From Octopus bimaculoides (taxonomy: Eukaryota): 64,000 nucleotides of DNA. The notes below the pieces were generated by a model, which was not told the DNA's origin, made no database searches, and saw only the letters and a program-made list of their open reading frames with translations. The position numbers and the translations under genes are program-made. The stretch lies in NCBI RefSeq assembly GCF_001194135.2, contig NC_068983.1, positions 156,550,707 to 156,614,706 of the forward strand. The letters run 5' to 3'. Positions 1 to 14,503 of the stretch are shown one piece after another. Every line of letters starts with the position of its first letter. Within the stretch, counting starts at the first letter, position 1.

Positions 1-1284
1 CATTTAAATATTATTAACAAGATATTTGTGCAGTTCATTCTAAAAATATTGGACACTCATACGTCCTGTTCTGCGGCTAAGTCCATTGTTGTAACCTCCA
101 TGAATGTGAATAAATTCCAGAAATTGCTGTGCAATTTTTAATGTGCACCATTGCTTCGTAGGTGCCACCAGAGTGTCTTGGTTCATAAGAGAACAGAGAG
201 AGAGAGAGAGACGGGGAGAGAGAAATAAGGAGAGAAAGAGAGAGAGAGCGAATTTGTTCTTTATATATTCGTTCAGATATTCAATGATTGCTAACTTGTG
301 AAGTTACGCCACTTCTTGGGATGATTTAAAGCCTTTGTCGTTTGTTGAGCAGATTTATACAGGATCTGTGTCAACTTTGAAGGATGACCTTTAAGGAGGC
401 GTGTAAATATCACCTGCCTGTAGACCATGAAATAAATTCTATGGCAGTCAAGAAATTACTGCATATATATGTTTGTCCGTTTGACCAAACCCTCATCAAG
501 TTATTTAAACACAAAATTAAGAGTGAGGTGAGGGCAGAGATTTAGGTCATGCCCTTCAGTAATATTTCTGAAGTGGGATTGAAAGTAGTGAGTGCAGACC
601 AGCTAAACACCGGATCGAAGGACACATGCTCTGTTTTTTGTAGTGGAATAATCTGGCATTTGAGAACGTCTGGGTAACACGTGTAGCCGTTAGATCTTTT
701 CAATGTTATTTCCTTCTATTGCTTTTATTTTCATGCATATCCTATCATACGTAAATCTTTGTAATTAACCAAATTTTGTATTTTTACCTTTCCGTAGGAT
801 CAACTATTGCTACTTTGCAGCAAAGCTATAAGCGGTTAGTTATGAGCCTTTTTTTCAGAAATTCTGTGACAGCATTGGACAGAAGTACGTCTTCAGATGT
901 CGTAGTGAACAACCATCTTTCAGAACTATTTTATACCGTGCCTTCGTCCCTCAACGATACCTTCTCTCTTTTATATATATATTCGGGCTCTCATACTCGA
1001 CCAGCCTCTCCATCATAAATTTGTCGACAAAGATTGATTGTTTAGTCTAAGTGAACTGTAAAAAATCGAAGCAAAATCTTTTTGCAGACATATACGTTCT
1101 TCCAGACACGCACGCACACATCCATACGTCCACATATAAATACGAGAACAAATATGCTCACGTTCGCCATATACTCATCCGTATATACTCATCCGTATAT
1201 ACTCATCCGCAGGCACACACTCATGCATGCATTCTAGACACGTTCACGTACACATGCGTATGCAGCCAGCAATAACGCACACGT

Positions 1285-1286
1285 AT

Positions 1287-1375
<89 letters not shown>
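1285..1375. repeat. (CT)n microsatellite
   Basis: Seen directly: uninterrupted CT dinucleotide run of about 90 bp. Confidence 0.98.
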
Positions 1376-1379
<4 letters not shown>

Positions 1380-4011
1380 CCCTCTTTCCCTCTCCCTTCG
1401 CTCTCTCACACACACACACAAATACATGCACACAAACACACAAATACACACACATACTCATAAAACCAATAACACACGGTATTGATATACACAACTGACA
1501 CATAAACCTAGATATTTGCGCATGGGAGTACTCACACCCAACTGATACGCACCTGCACCCATACATACACAGACTCTACGAAGCATGTACATGTGCCATC
1601 AGCCCTCACCTACATACAAGCCCTCACTCACACACCAGCTTACGACATACGCAGAGAGACATCAGACAACCACATCCATGCACTCATACATCTGGTATAC
1701 ACACATACGCACATCGTCGCCAGCCAAGTTGCTGTCATCTTCTTATGTCCTTCAAAGCCCGCCCAGGCAGCAAAACATCATCAAATACCTGCTCAGCCCC
1801 GTGATCCAAGAAATTCTCCTTTCTAACGCACAAGTGTCGCTGAAATTCCGATTTCCTAACAATACCATGTGACCTGCATTGACCAGTAGCAGTTCAGTTT
1901 CCAGTAGATATCTTGGATTTCGTCTATCTCTTCATTCGGTTAACCACGCTTGATTGAGCTAAGTTTCTGCAAGAAGCCTGCGAAATTTCAAGTCACGTAG
2001 CGCCGAACAAGCTGTTTTAAATGACTATGTATATAAAAAGCAATTGAAGTACAAAGTAGAATCAAATTAAGGTAAGAAAATAGATTTAAATTAGGTCATA
2101 TAGAACAAGATAAAATTTTAAACTCAAAATACAATGCAAAAAATACTAAAGAAATGGTTTAGAGAAACGCCTATTCAAAGCTAATACGCTGAAGCGTCTG
2201 AATGAAAGGAAGTGAGCTGATATCAAAAGGTAATAGCTCAAACTTCTAAGCTAAATAGTGCGTAGTCACTCAAAATGTACAGAATTATGTTAATGAAACA
2301 AGAGACTAACACCAATTTCGGTCTATATACTTGACCAAAGGAAGTATATATTTTATTTCCGAGTGTGTTGCTTTTGAAAAGATTAAATATCTCAACACAT
2401 ATTACCAAATAAGTAACTTTGCATGTGGGGGAGCAATATCATGTTTTGACATGTAAAATAAGACTTGATATAACTATGCACAAACGTATGAGAGTAACTA
2501 ACCAAATGTAATCTGTAACAAGTCTGACAATTCAGACAAAGAGATCAAATTTTCTCACAGCCTTATTATTATCAAAAAATTATATGAATTTTGATGGTTA
2601 TCAAGATATGACAATGATGAATTCATTACTCAGAAATTATTCGAATACCTTCCCAAACACAAGAACAGCAAAAGATAATATGCAAGAGATAAAGTTCGAG
2701 ATTAGAAGCGCAATCAATAATAAATTAATACTCTGGAAAATACAAGAAAGATTTTGAAGCAGAACCGCAACAACAACCAAAATAATAAACCTGCCACATA
2801 TCACTTCCAAATAAATTAATTTCAATAATACAAATCGCCCAGTACTTTTTCTCTACTCATATCAGCCAAAACTCGGAAAATATTTCCCACATGCACAATA
2901 TATTGATTTTCTGAAGGTATGCATGTGTNNNNNNNNNNNNNNNNNNNNNNNNNNNNNNNNNNNNNNNNNNNNNNNNNNNNNNNNNATATTTATATATATA
3001 TACATACATGCATACATACATACATACATACATGCATACATACATACATACATACATACATACATACATACATACATACATACATAGACAGATTGTGCAT
3101 AACAAACAGTAGAGGACTCTTTTACGGCTTCAAATATCTCTCCAACCAGCTCTCTGAGCTGGTATTTATTTTGTTTAATCTCAGTCACATGTTCGCGCAT
3201 TTATCGTCAATACACACAGACACACACAAGCACACACACACACACATACACTCACTCACACAATGTATACATATATATATATATGAAAGAAGGTTTGAAA
3301 ATGCACTTATTTTAAAGATATTTATTTACTTAACCGGTTTCACTTTTTTAGAAAAAGATTATCAAAAGTCTTTGAGAATAATAAAAAATGTTAAAAAACA
3401 GTTTGAGTATTAAAATGCATATATACATTCTTTGATGATAAAATATATTTAAAGTATAAAGCTTTGTATGAACTTTGTAGTGTTACATACTGATTATCAC
3501 ACATTCTCTGATAATAAGATGAAAATGTCAAAAACAGTGTATGAAAATACATATATGGAAAAATACATATACATATTCTTTGATAATCGAATAAAGTTGA
3601 GGAGGAACTGACCTGGCTTTTTTCTCTTGTGTATATTGAGGGAATGTTTTGCTGTCTTAAGAGACAGTATGACTGGCTAACTGGGGTATGCGTGTGTATA
3701 TGGAGGGTGCACCTTTGTGTGTATGTGTGTGTGTGTGTGTAGAACCAGTATCTTTGCATAATTGCATAAATACCACATAATGAGATAAAGCTAACAGAAG
3801 AAACAATTGCAACCCTAAAATAACAAAAGATGTAACGCATTAAGCTCTCTAGAAAACAATAAATTACATATAAAAAGAAAACGGTTTTACTCTACCGAAA
3901 AGACAATGATATATAACTTCGAGCGAAATGAGATATGCAACAAGTGGTGCGATAAAAACAAACGTGCAAAACACAACTCAAATATTATGTAATTATAATG
4001 ATTAATGATGA

Positions 4012-4229
4012 TAATCCTTTCTATTATAGGCACAAGGCCTGAAATTCGGTGGAGGGAGATATACAATTACATCGACCCCAAAGCGTAACTGGTACTTAGT
4101 TTATCGACTCCGAAAGGATGAATGGTAAAGTCGACCTCGTCGGAATTTGAACTAAGAACGTAGCGGCAAACAAAATCGCGCTAAGCATTTCGTCCGGCGT
4201 CCTAACGATTCTGCCAACTCGCTGCCTTA
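4012..4229 (-). mobile_element. tRNA-derived SINE, family A (octopus-type)
   Basis: On the minus strand: A-box-like TGGCAGAATCGTTAG, B-box GTTCAAATTCC (4142-4152), then a GTCGACTTTACCATTCATCCTTTCGGAGTCGATAAACTAAGTACC central domain. Related copies occur at 38630, 54010 and 60620. Confidence 0.85.
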
Positions 4230-5109
4230 GGATTAATAATAATAATGCTGGCGGATTTGATAACTATACGCTTATCACTCACACAACTGAATTTGCTCTC
4301 CTGTGGGAATTATCTAATACAAATTTTTCGTTGAACCTAATTCTCTGCTGTTCATTGTTAAGTAGGCATGAGTTTCATAAGTTTTAATTATTTTCTAACT
4401 TTTTATTTTATTACTTGATATTCTATCTGGGCGACATTGTTTGGTTTTGTTCGCAACAAAGCAACATTAAGATTCATTGCAAAACATGTGAGAAGATACA
4501 GAAGATAGGTGAATTATATTGAGTTTTATTGAAAAGCGGTTGCTATTGAAACCAGTATGAGAATGCACAATTAAAAGAAAATGAATAGGCAAAATTAGCC
4601 AATTATAAACCATGAATTTAATAGTATCAAAGATTCACAAAGATTTCATAAAGGAGCTCAATAAGCCCATTATCTCGAGTGAATGTCATCATCGTCATCA
4701 CCACCATCACCACCATCACCACCACCACCATCACCACCGCCACCATCACCACTACTACCACCATCACACCACCATCAGTTCCAGTGGAAAATATATCAGC
4801 AACCTCCAGTGTTATTGATGATTGTTGCTTAGACGAAATGATAAAGTCATAAAAACAACGATGTTCGTGTTTGTTTATGGCCATGTAACTTAGTATGACG
4901 TACCATCGTCTGCAAAGATGCCCAAAATTACACAAATGACGTAGAAAAGCTGAACTAAATATTGGAAACATGAGTTATTATTTAACTGGCTTTTTGTTTA
5001 TATTTGCAATATCAAAAATTCAAACCTGTTCTTGACTCTATATATGTGTTCATATATGCAGACCCTATATAGCTCTGTGTTTTACAGCTAGTTTTGTTTA
5101 AATATGTTA

Positions 5110-5900
5110 ATGCATGACCTGTCTGATTTCTAAAGAGGACAGTTGTTGGTGTAGCGGTGGCTGGAGCTTCAGTCACTAAAACTACCAAATTGCTGAAAAT
5201 TCAGAGAGAGGGCCGTCAGAATAATGAAACGAATTGAATCTAAAAATAAAGCATTGAACTACGATGGCGAAAATGAGAGCAGAGATAAACCATCACCTTG
5301 CCAACCCGGTGTTAACACACATTGTTCGTTGTGAGTTCCGTGGGAGAGATGCCATTACTAAGCCGCTACGCTATCAGTATTGCTAATTAGAAAAATGGTG
5401 ACCAGACGTTCAGAAATTGTCAACAGCTCATTAGTACAAGGTCATCCTCTCCGATAAATTATTCTTCACTCTTTTGTTCACTTCGGGGTTAGTTTAAGTT
5501 TGGTGACAGCTCAATCCAGACATTTTAGGCATATCAAGAACTATGCAGCTATCGCTGTCATAATTTGAGCAGCCGTATCATATAATTTTCCTGGTTCGTT
5601 AGTTGCTCGAAGTGGCAAAGTAAACGCTGAGAATTATTTGAGTATTTTAGTTAAACACTTTTCAATGTCAAAAGCAGTATTTTCTCATAGTAGCTCAGTC
5701 TTCTAGGACAATAGTGCACAGAGAACACAAATGTGAATTAGATCACTTGAAATGGTTCCGTAATCACCTCATTTTGATTTATTCGGAAATTTATACTGCA
5801 TTTTTGAACAGCAAGTGAGTAGCCGTCACCCTCTGGCATCCTCATAGTGTTTACTTGAAGAAGGACTGAAAATTACATTCTCTGAAATTTAATTATCTCT
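5110..5900 (+). mobile_element. Degenerate Tc1-like transposase relic
   Basis: Manual translation gives LSDF*RGQ..GV.VAGASVT, then WAAVSL..PGSLVARSGKVNAENYLSIL, VF*DNSA and HLKWF.*SP, resembling Tc1 DNA-binding and DDE blocks with many stops. Confidence 0.55.
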
Positions 5901-6459
5901 GAAGATTTGACAAATAAATCATTAATATTATATAACTAAAGAATAATTTATCATAGAAATGCACATAACACGGTGTAACTAAATATAAGATAAACGATCA
6001 TTCACATTTTGTTTCGTTTTCTACTTATACTCTATGCAACATTCAAACCCGGATTTATAATATAGGAAACATATGAGAATTAGATCATATATGGAATTTT
6101 AAGTAATGGTTCATTTGTGACGCAATGTAAGGTTTAAATTGCACTGGACGAATATATAAATATATATTTAGAACTGTATACAGATAGTATGGAACGACAG
6201 ATAGAAGAGTGAGACTAGGTAGATACATATACATATATGCATGTATATAAAAATATATTTGTGTGTTGTGTACACAATTGTTATAATGCAGATAAAGGCA
6301 GAATTATTGAAATGCATTTTCTAAAGGTTATGATATTACCTGTTTTCAAATTGATGCCCATTGTATTTCAGACATTGTTGACAATGCAAAAGCAATGGAG
6401 TCACAAGGACCAAGTAACATGTCATTGGGTATTTGAGTGCATTCTCATTAAATAACAAT

Positions 6460-6800
6460 ACTCAGTTCAACGACTGTTTTTGGTTTTGTATCGTACACTC
6501 TATCTTTTGAGTGTCCTCATAAGAAAAGTTTAAATGGGTGAGGTCTGGTGAACGTGGAGGGTATTCTACAAAAAACTTCTTTCGATCCCCGTTTGGCAAG
6601 ATCTCCTTAAGGTAGGATCGTGATGTTCCATCTTGCTGAATATAAAATTCCTCATCTTCCAAGACTTCTCTAATGCTTGACATGACAGAGTGCTTTAGCA
6701 TGTTCAAGTAAACGGGATCCAGTCACACTAGCATCGAAAAAGAATATTCCAATTGGTTCTCTTGATGTAATGTGACACTGTAATTTCTGGTAAATTATCT
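6460..6800 (-). mobile_element. Tc1/mariner-superfamily transposase catalytic-region fragment
   Basis: ORF 6462-6707 contains FYIQQDG and EYPPRSPDLTHLNF (cf. QQDGA...WPPRSPDLTPLDF); upstream sequence reads PIGIFFFDASVTG. Confidence 0.8.
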
Positions 6801-7903
6801 CTATGTTCCACTGTAACAAGTGGATTTTTGAGGCTGCCAGCATGTGCAATTATAGCGGTTAATTGAACCATTTAATTTAAATGTGGTCTCAACACTCCAC
6901 ACAACTTCTGTTGAAAAGGGCGTGCGTGTGTGTGCACGCGTGTCTGCAATCAGATAACCGCAAAGTGACTGACGCAGCAACGTAATTTCATTTTTATTTT
7001 CTTGTTTGAGATTGTGTGCGTATTTATGGAACATATATGATTGTACTTTAATGTTTATAATGTTTGCTGCCCTTGGTATTGCCACTAAAACTACTCTCCC
7101 AAACATTTAACGTATATGTTTGCCTATGATATTAGAGGAAAATATTTTCTTTCGGTGAGAAAACGAAGCGGCAGTCACAATAATAATACTAATATGCATA
7201 CTGTGTGCGTTATCGGCGTTGTTGATATTGTTCAGGGCGTAAGACTGTCAGAAACGGTAATACTTAAGCTTTAATGTAAACATTATTCACCAGTGCATCT
7301 ACATTTCTGATTTAAAAACCTACTTGATGTCATCTTTGTCATTCATTCCACCACCACCACCACCACCAGTCTGAGAAATTTAAAGTAAATAAAATATTAT
7401 GCTCGTTTCAATCACCAACACAACTATGGACATTATGTCAATTTGTGTAGAGTTTATCAACATCACCACGCAGTCATTATCAGGCAGGACACCGGCACCA
7501 GTAGAGTTCCAGTAATTATCAGCACCAACAAAAATATCATCATCATCGTTCGTCAGCAGCAGTATAGTCTTCACCATCAACAGTAGCTTAGTTCCAGTAA
7601 TCACTGTCTGAATGAAGAATAACAGTTGAAAACAGGCTTTAACACCCTAAAAGTTCTGCTGGTTCTGCTGACATATCTGTCAGACATAACGTTTTACTAA
7701 TTGCGTATAACAAACAGCATCATCCCTATATGCAGCAGCAATAGAATCTTCTGGAGATACAACCGTTTCTTTTAATATCACAGTAACAAAACAAACATAT
7801 TCTACCCCAACGTTCTAAATCAAAGAGAAAACCAAGTAGGAAATATATCATTAGAAGGATATGAATGGTCAGGTGGATAAATCGTTAGAATGATATATCA
7901 ATA

Positions 7904-8730
7904 TACAGGGTGATAATACAGTCACTATACAGTTATTTATAATAAAAAAGCATAGCAGAATCAGAAAAAGAGCAAAGCAATACACACGACATAGAAACAG
8001 GGTCACGACTATAACTTATAAATCCTCTAAGTTGGTTTATAATTGCAGCTTATCGGAAGTTAATCTGACCAATGAGAGAAGTTTACGTAATCTATTATCT
8101 AACTTAATGCGTTATAAATGTTGGCTTGTTCTCGAATGTTATTTTTAATTATGTCTCGCCAAATGACAAGCTAAGAGTCAATTCATTCTGAAAAGGTACT
8201 GGAAACATGAAAATACTGCAGATGTCTTCAAACAATGGCAGGAAACATTTGAAACACCTCCACCAAACGACTGACTATTTATCAAAATTTGTGATAAATT
8301 CAATAACATAGGCTCTGTGCTAGATGCTCCACGCTGTGGTCAACCAAAACCGATTTGCACAGAAGAAAACAAATATCTGGTTAGTGAATCAGCATTACAA
8401 AGTCCTCGTAAATCAACAAGATGCTGTGCTCTGCAGTTGGGCATAAATAGAAGATCGTTTCAGATGATGCTGGAAGTATTAACCTACAAGCCTTACGTAC
8501 CATGACTTATCCGTGGATTAATTGAAGATGATGGTCTTTGTCGTCTACAGTTCTGCAAAATCTTCTTTAATCATTGTGAAGTTACACCTCCTCTACTCGA
8601 CAAGATAGTGTTGTCTGACGAAACACACTTCAAGCTTACCTGCAAGTGTAAAAAAACACAATTGCACGTACCAGGCGTCAGAAAATCCTCATCTAACCGT
8701 CCAAAGTCAATTGAACCAATCAGAAGTCAC
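7904..8730 (+). mobile_element. Tc1/mariner-superfamily element, 5' part (TIR-like start and N-terminal transposase)
   Basis: Starts TACAGGGTG. Translation gives ILKRYWKHEN...KFNNIGSVLDAPRCGQPK...SPRKSTR...KPY...IVLSDETHFKL (first catalytic D)...HNCTY..SENPH. Confidence 0.8.
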
Positions 8731-8879
8731 TAATTAACCAGAACCATTTTAATAACAAATTTCTGGACTGTTAATTAATTGCTTTGTCTTAATTGTTATT
8801 CTAAGTAACTGTATAGTGTCTACATTGCCACTCGGTATATTTATGTTGGGTGTTCTGATATAAGCAGAAAAAAAACAAC

Positions 8880-9056
8880 TCATAGAAGATTCCGTCCGAG
8901 ATTCGTTAGTTTGATCAGATTTATGTGTAGGTGGTTTGTAGATGTTTGTTTAAAGTAATCAATGGGATTTTCAGGGAACTCGATATGAGGAGTCGGAGCC
9001 TGTTTTGTAGTTGATGGCAATGTTGTCTCAGATAAGTTCTGAACTGGTTTGAGTCC
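8880..9056 (-). CDS. Candidate terminal coding exon of an unidentified gene (58 aa, S/T/P-rich)
   Basis: caattag|GGA acceptor, then the open frame GLKPVQNLSETTLPSTTKQAPTPHIEFPENPIDYFKQTSTNHLHINLIKLTNLGRNLL*. No homology recognised. Confidence 0.3.
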   Translation of the reverse strand, partial: GLKPVQNLSETTLPSTTKQAPTPHIEFPENPIDYFKQTSTNHLHINLIKLTNLGRNLL

Positions 9057-10620
9057 CTAATTGAATTGGTGTATATTTTATAAAAAGAAAATACAACTTT
9101 TAAAATTTGAATTTAATTAGGGAGAAAATAAAAGTGAGCTTACTGGCGACTGGTATCTAACAATTTAACTTCTTAAAGTAAAATGTTGTCCTTATAGCAG
9201 ATATACATCCTCAACAGAAACTTTTTCCACGAGGATAGCCGTGGTGGAACGCTCACTCAATAACCCATTTTCCAATACAAGACGAAGGGACGTTTATGTA
9301 GTGATGATCTTAATATTGCATCAAATACAAGACGTCAAACAACCAATTCTCATGCAGGCATTACTATATTTTTAGATTAGAATTATTGTCGCTGCTCTCT
9401 GTTATACAACAATATTACACTGGCCATTCCGAGTTGGTGGTACGTGGGTGAAGGTACTACCTGGAACACACCCATCATCCAAGACTAACCTTGATATATC
9501 CAGGAAAGTCATAAATAGAAAATAGGGTGTTCAAGTAAAAAAAAAAGACGGTCACTGGAAAAAAATCTCGACTTACAGAAGTAGATGTAAAACGAGATTA
9601 TTCACGCACAACGATAAGTAGCACATGCGTCGATGGTTCAAATTAACTTATGAACCGTGTAACTTGAGGAGCGGATAAGCGTATACGTAGAATAATAATC
9701 ATTATTTCAATAAAACCCTTATCAACGTATAATAATTATTAGATTCGGAATATATTATTAGTTATGGAATATCCAGCTACTAGTGTTACTTTACTAATAC
9801 CTTTCATATTAGACACTTCTACTCGATACACTTACCTCGATTTCTTCTCTGAAATTCACTGTTACTTCCAAACGAATAAAATCACCAAACAATTTAACCA
9901 TTGAAGTTCTAAAGTAGAGGTTTAACAACTGGTTGTTTATTGATATGATTTTGTTGAAAATAGAAATACGAAAATAAACATGTGATTCTCCTTATATGTA
10001 CACACACACACACAAACACACACACACATAAATACATATCCTTGCCATTATGTTAAACTGTCGTTTGTCCAAATATGGCCAAACCCGATTTTTTTTTTCA
10101 ATATTTATTTTTGCTTGAAATAGCCGGTTCTTTTGGTCAAACTATCGTATCTCCAGCTGCTTCAGATGCCAAGATATCAAAAATTATCAAAGTGTATTAC
10201 AACGGTTTTGCTAAGGAATGGTGAAAGTATTTTTTTTGTTTTCTGAAAGAGCGACGTCTTGGAGTTACGACAAATTGGCATAATAGCAACGATATATGCA
10301 TTGCAGATGAGATCCAGAGATTCTCAGTTCACAAGATTGTAGTGCTCAACAGATTCAAACTTAGACTCCGATGTCTTTACAGGGGATCGATTCCGTAAAG
10401 CAAAGAATGGCTGCAAGATGGATCAAGTTGAGCGAATATAGAGGCAATTATGCAGATAAACAAATTAGATACATTAAATATATTAAATGTATTTAATATA
10501 TTGCGAGTGATACTTAAAAATTTATTATCTAAAAGTCTCTACCTTTTGCTTTTTCTCATTTTGCATATATAAATATGTACGTATTTTGAATTTCTTATCC
10601 AAACTATGACAGTTAATGTA

Positions 10621-11030
10621 TTTACCCCGCTTTCGCTAAGCTGAAGTATTGTTTTTAGTCGTGTTTATTTGTCAGTGAGGAAGATATCTCAAAAACCACT
10701 GGATGGATTCGGATGAAACTTTCAGGGATGTTTGGACTCATAACTGGCATGAACTAATTAGATTTGGGGATCGATCCGGTACCAGACAAGGATTCTGAAT
10801 TATTTGTTATATTTACTTTACTTTACATGATTACGATCTTACGTTACTTTTCAAGTCTTTCTCAATTATCCCCCTTTAGGTGGTAACTATTTTGAATGGT
10901 GAATTTAACTTTGGCTTGTATTTGATATGGTTAAACTATTTATTACTGCTACTAAATTTTCTAAAGCCACCTTCACATTCCATGACTATCACTGGGACCG
11001 ATCAGGTACTGGACAATTTTTCTAGATTAA
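10621..11030 (+). mobile_element. Non-autonomous repeat resembling Helentron-associated (HINE/DINE-1-like) elements
   Basis: TTTACCCCGC start, GTTTATTTGTC microsatellite-like core and ATATCTCAAAAACC...GGATTCGGATGAAACTT motif; GATCCGGTACCAGAC and GATCAGGTACTGGAC are related internal motifs. The family assignment is inference. Confidence 0.4.
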
Positions 11031-11526
11031 TTTTCTTTTATTTTACTTTATATATATACGTATATATATATATATATATATNNNNNNNNNNNNNNNNNNN
11101 NNNNNNNNNNNNNNNNNNNNNNNNNNNNNNNNNNNNNNNNNNNNNNNNNNNNNNNNNNNNNNNNNNNNNNNNNNNNNNNNNNNNNNNNNNNNNNNNNNNN
11201 NNNNNNNNNNNNNNNNNNNNNNNNNNNNNNNNNNNNNNNNNNNNNNNNNNNNNNNNNNNNNNNNNNNNNNNNNNNNNNNNNNNNNNNNNNNNNNNNNNNN
11301 NNNNNNNNNNNNNNNNNNNNNNNNNNNNNNNNNNNNNNNNNNNNNNNNNNNNNNNNNNNNNNNNNNNNNNNNNNNNNNNNNNNNNNNNNNNNNNNNNNNN
11401 NNNNNNNNNNNNNNNNNNNNNNNNNNNNNNNNNNNNNNNNNNNNNNNNNNNNNNNNNNNNNNNNNNNNNNNNNNNNNNNNNNNNNNNNNNNNGTGTGTGT
11501 GTGTGTGTTTGCGGTGGAGGGTGTTA

Positions 11527-12150
11527 TATTGGACCATCTCATAAGTAATGCGATTTTTTATACTTTTATTTTTCAAAATTAAGATAAACAAAGTTCTTTT
11601 TAAATCTAAAATACAATCTCCTTAATTTTCTACAATGTTCTTCCATCTATCTGGTAGAGTTGCAAGGCACCCTCTTCCAAAATTCACTTATCCGTGACGA
11701 GCAATACTCCTTCAGTACTGTTCTGACCTCGTCTACAGAATTAATATTTTTTCCGTCCAAATGATTTTGAAGACTGCAGAATAAATGATAATCAGATGGA
11801 GCAACGTCCGACGAATATTGTGAGTGGGGAATCGTTTCCCATTCAAACTGCTCCGACCTTTGGGATGTCATCCTCGCTGTATCTGACCGAGCATTATCCT
11901 GATGGATGACTACCTTTCGTTGTGAAGCTAAAGATGGTCGTTTTTCTTCTAGCACTGACTTAAGCCGCACAAGCTGCTTGCACTAGATTTTTTTTTATCG
12001 TGTGGTTTGGGTTTAAAAGTTCAAAGTAGACTAAACCTTTCAGATCCCACCAAACAGATGACAACACCTTACGTGAGTGAAGACCTTCTTTAGCCTGGAG
12101 TGTTGGTGTTTCACCTTTCCCTACCCAGTATCTTCGATGCTTGACAATTT
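11527..12150 (-). mobile_element. Mariner element, 3' half (DD34D region plus right TIR)
   Basis: ORFs 11960-12217 and 11647-11970 contain KVLSSVWWDLKGLVYFELL, VIHQDNAR and YSSDVAPSDYHLF; a TIR-like TATTGGACCATCTCATAAGTAATGCG lies at 11527. Confidence 0.92.
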
Positions 12151-12989
12151 TATAGTTTTGAGGAAACCATTGACCCAATTTGCTGCTTTTCCGATGGCAC
12201 GCACATGTTGATGACATGTATATATATGTTGAACGCCTCGTTCACATCACTAGTAGATCGATAACGGCTCAGTTGCTGGAATTTGTAAAATTTGTCCAAA
12301 TTAGTATTAATTAGAGTCCCACGAAGTAGCTCGGAATATAATATATGCATGTATAAGGATATTTAAGACAATCGTGTATACTCTCCAACCTGAGAAGATC
12401 TTTCCTTAAAGAAAATGGTGCGGAAGAAATATCTTCTCTTAGACTACGTATGTGTAAATATATTGAGATATGAAATTACCGTTCGGGAAACGCATTCATT
12501 TCCGGTTCGAGCCATGATAACTAATTCCAGCTTATTTTTAACGGGTAAACTCGAAGTAGATAATGCTATAAATAATAGAGTACATATTATTGCTTGCATT
12601 TCTTATATATCACAACTCTCGTTCGGATAGAATTGTTAACTGGGTAGTTGTAGGTAATGCCGCGTACCACCACAGAAACACATGTGTCCCACAGTACAAT
12701 AACGTCATTCATAGCCCAAAACTTTTTGTCTGAGAATTTTCTCCAGAGATTATTTCCTCAGCAAACGATCATCCCATGGTCGAGTGTACTCAGATGTGTT
12801 AAATATCATTGTACAGACAGCTTCAATGCTGCTTCGTTCGACTCTATTTAATGTCTGTGTGTGTGTGTGCGGGCGTGTGTGTGTGTACAAAGGAAGATAA
12901 ATTACATAAGTAAATACATAAGACATTCAAAGCTAGTAATTTACATGCTAATGAACTCTTAGTTCAATTAAGATGTTTTGGTGGATATA

Positions 12990-13450
12990 GTAATTCTGCA
13001 CCATGTGGTCTTTCATACTTTTTATTGGTTAGCTTGATCAGATGATAAAGTAAATGGCATGTAGTTGTGGTATGGAGTAGCGTAGTCTTCTTGGCTGATG
13101 GTCTGATCATACTGTTGTTTATGTGTTTTTAGATATTTATTCAGAAACCGATACAGGAATATCATGGAGTATTTGTAGCTCTTTAACTTTGGTTACGATT
13201 CTGTATTTGCTTTGCGATGCCTTCCAAGTAACTATAGCTAACTTTTATATTATTTTTTTTAAGAGATTATTGACCGTTGAGACTGCCAGGTGCCAGAGAA
13301 ATGTTATTTTATCATTATCAAGAAATTCCAGCGGTATATCTTGTAATATGTCTGCTGCTCGTTGGCGTTTATTCTGTGCGACGATTTTTCTTTATTCTTT
13401 CCTTTAAAACAACGTGTGTTGAATATGTCAAAGTACAGGAATGTGACATG
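12990..13450 (-). mobile_element. Highly decayed Tc1-like transposase N-terminus
   Basis: One frame reads RKIVAQNKRQ...AVSTVNNLLKK...RIVTKVKE...VSVSE, similar to Tc1 paired/homeo DNA-binding regions; several stops. Confidence 0.4.
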
Positions 13451-14238
13451 TTTGAATATAACACTCAGTGCCGATTGGGTATATCTCAACGAATATTATT
13501 TAATATTTTTTTGACTTCAGGTGAAATATCTAATAGAAATATTTTGCCACATCATATTTTCGTTTAACTCTCTATAAGAACGATGCACACCTACGTTCAA
13601 GTCTTATGTGATATCTAAAAAGAAACAAAAAATTGATGATACTGAAGTTGGTGCTGAATTAAATTGTTCAATTAAATTCTTGTAATATATCTATTAATGT
13701 TGTCTTGGAGACGTTTAATTTTATCATTTCTCTTTTTGACAAAGAAAAATTCACCAGAAGGCAAGTTTTAGTAACTTCCTTTGATAGAATATTATACTTA
13801 TAAGGTGAAATGTTATAAGTCTCACTGATAAATGTTTTACCAAATTTTAAAGCTTTATTATACGTACGTTTAATGAACATACACCAGTTTGTCAATAGAC
13901 TTTAGTTGTGTAACCATACGACACACACACAAGATCTCGCTCTATTTCTCTCCCTCTTTCCCTCTCTCCCTATCTTTCTAGCTTTCTTGCTTATCTTTCT
14001 TCTCTGCTTATTAAATGTATGCATGCAACTTTACAAAATATTAACAAATATCCAACCTCAGAAAGTCACTTCAAAATCTTAAAATATACACCATCCATAT
14101 GTTTGTGTATTTCTTTGGGTCTGTGTATGTGCAATACATGGTTAATAACTTAGCCCATATGAATTAGTAGGTTACCATCTATAAAACACATTTATAATTC
14201 TTAAATGTATTGAGTGCACTCAAATGGCGAATTAATTA

Positions 14239-14270
<32 letters not shown>

Positions 14271-14272
14271 TT

Positions 14273-14305
<33 letters not shown>

Positions 14306-14328
14306 CAGATAGATAGATAGATAGGTAT

Positions 14329-14359
<31 letters not shown>

Positions 14360-14469
14360 NNNNNNNNNNNNNNNNNNNNNNNNNNNNNNNNNNNNNNNNN
14401 NNNNNNNNNNNNNNNNNNNNNNNNNNNNNNNNNNNNNNNNNNNNNNNNNNATATATACATGCATACGCT

Positions 14470-14503
<34 letters not shown>

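Noticed and set aside
1750-1990. Minus-strand peptide hints (IYWKL, LLVNA) suggesting piggyBac
   Set aside because: Only two short motifs in different frames; unsupported.
4140-4229. tRNA-like A and B boxes (also at 50156 and 37540)
   Set aside because: They are SINE heads attached to SINE bodies; no complete cloverleaf, so not called tRNA genes.
10130-10480. Possible exon or mariner C-terminal remnant (GIDSVKQRMAARWIKLSEYRGNY)
   Set aside because: Cannot distinguish decayed mariner from chance; no catalytic motif visible.
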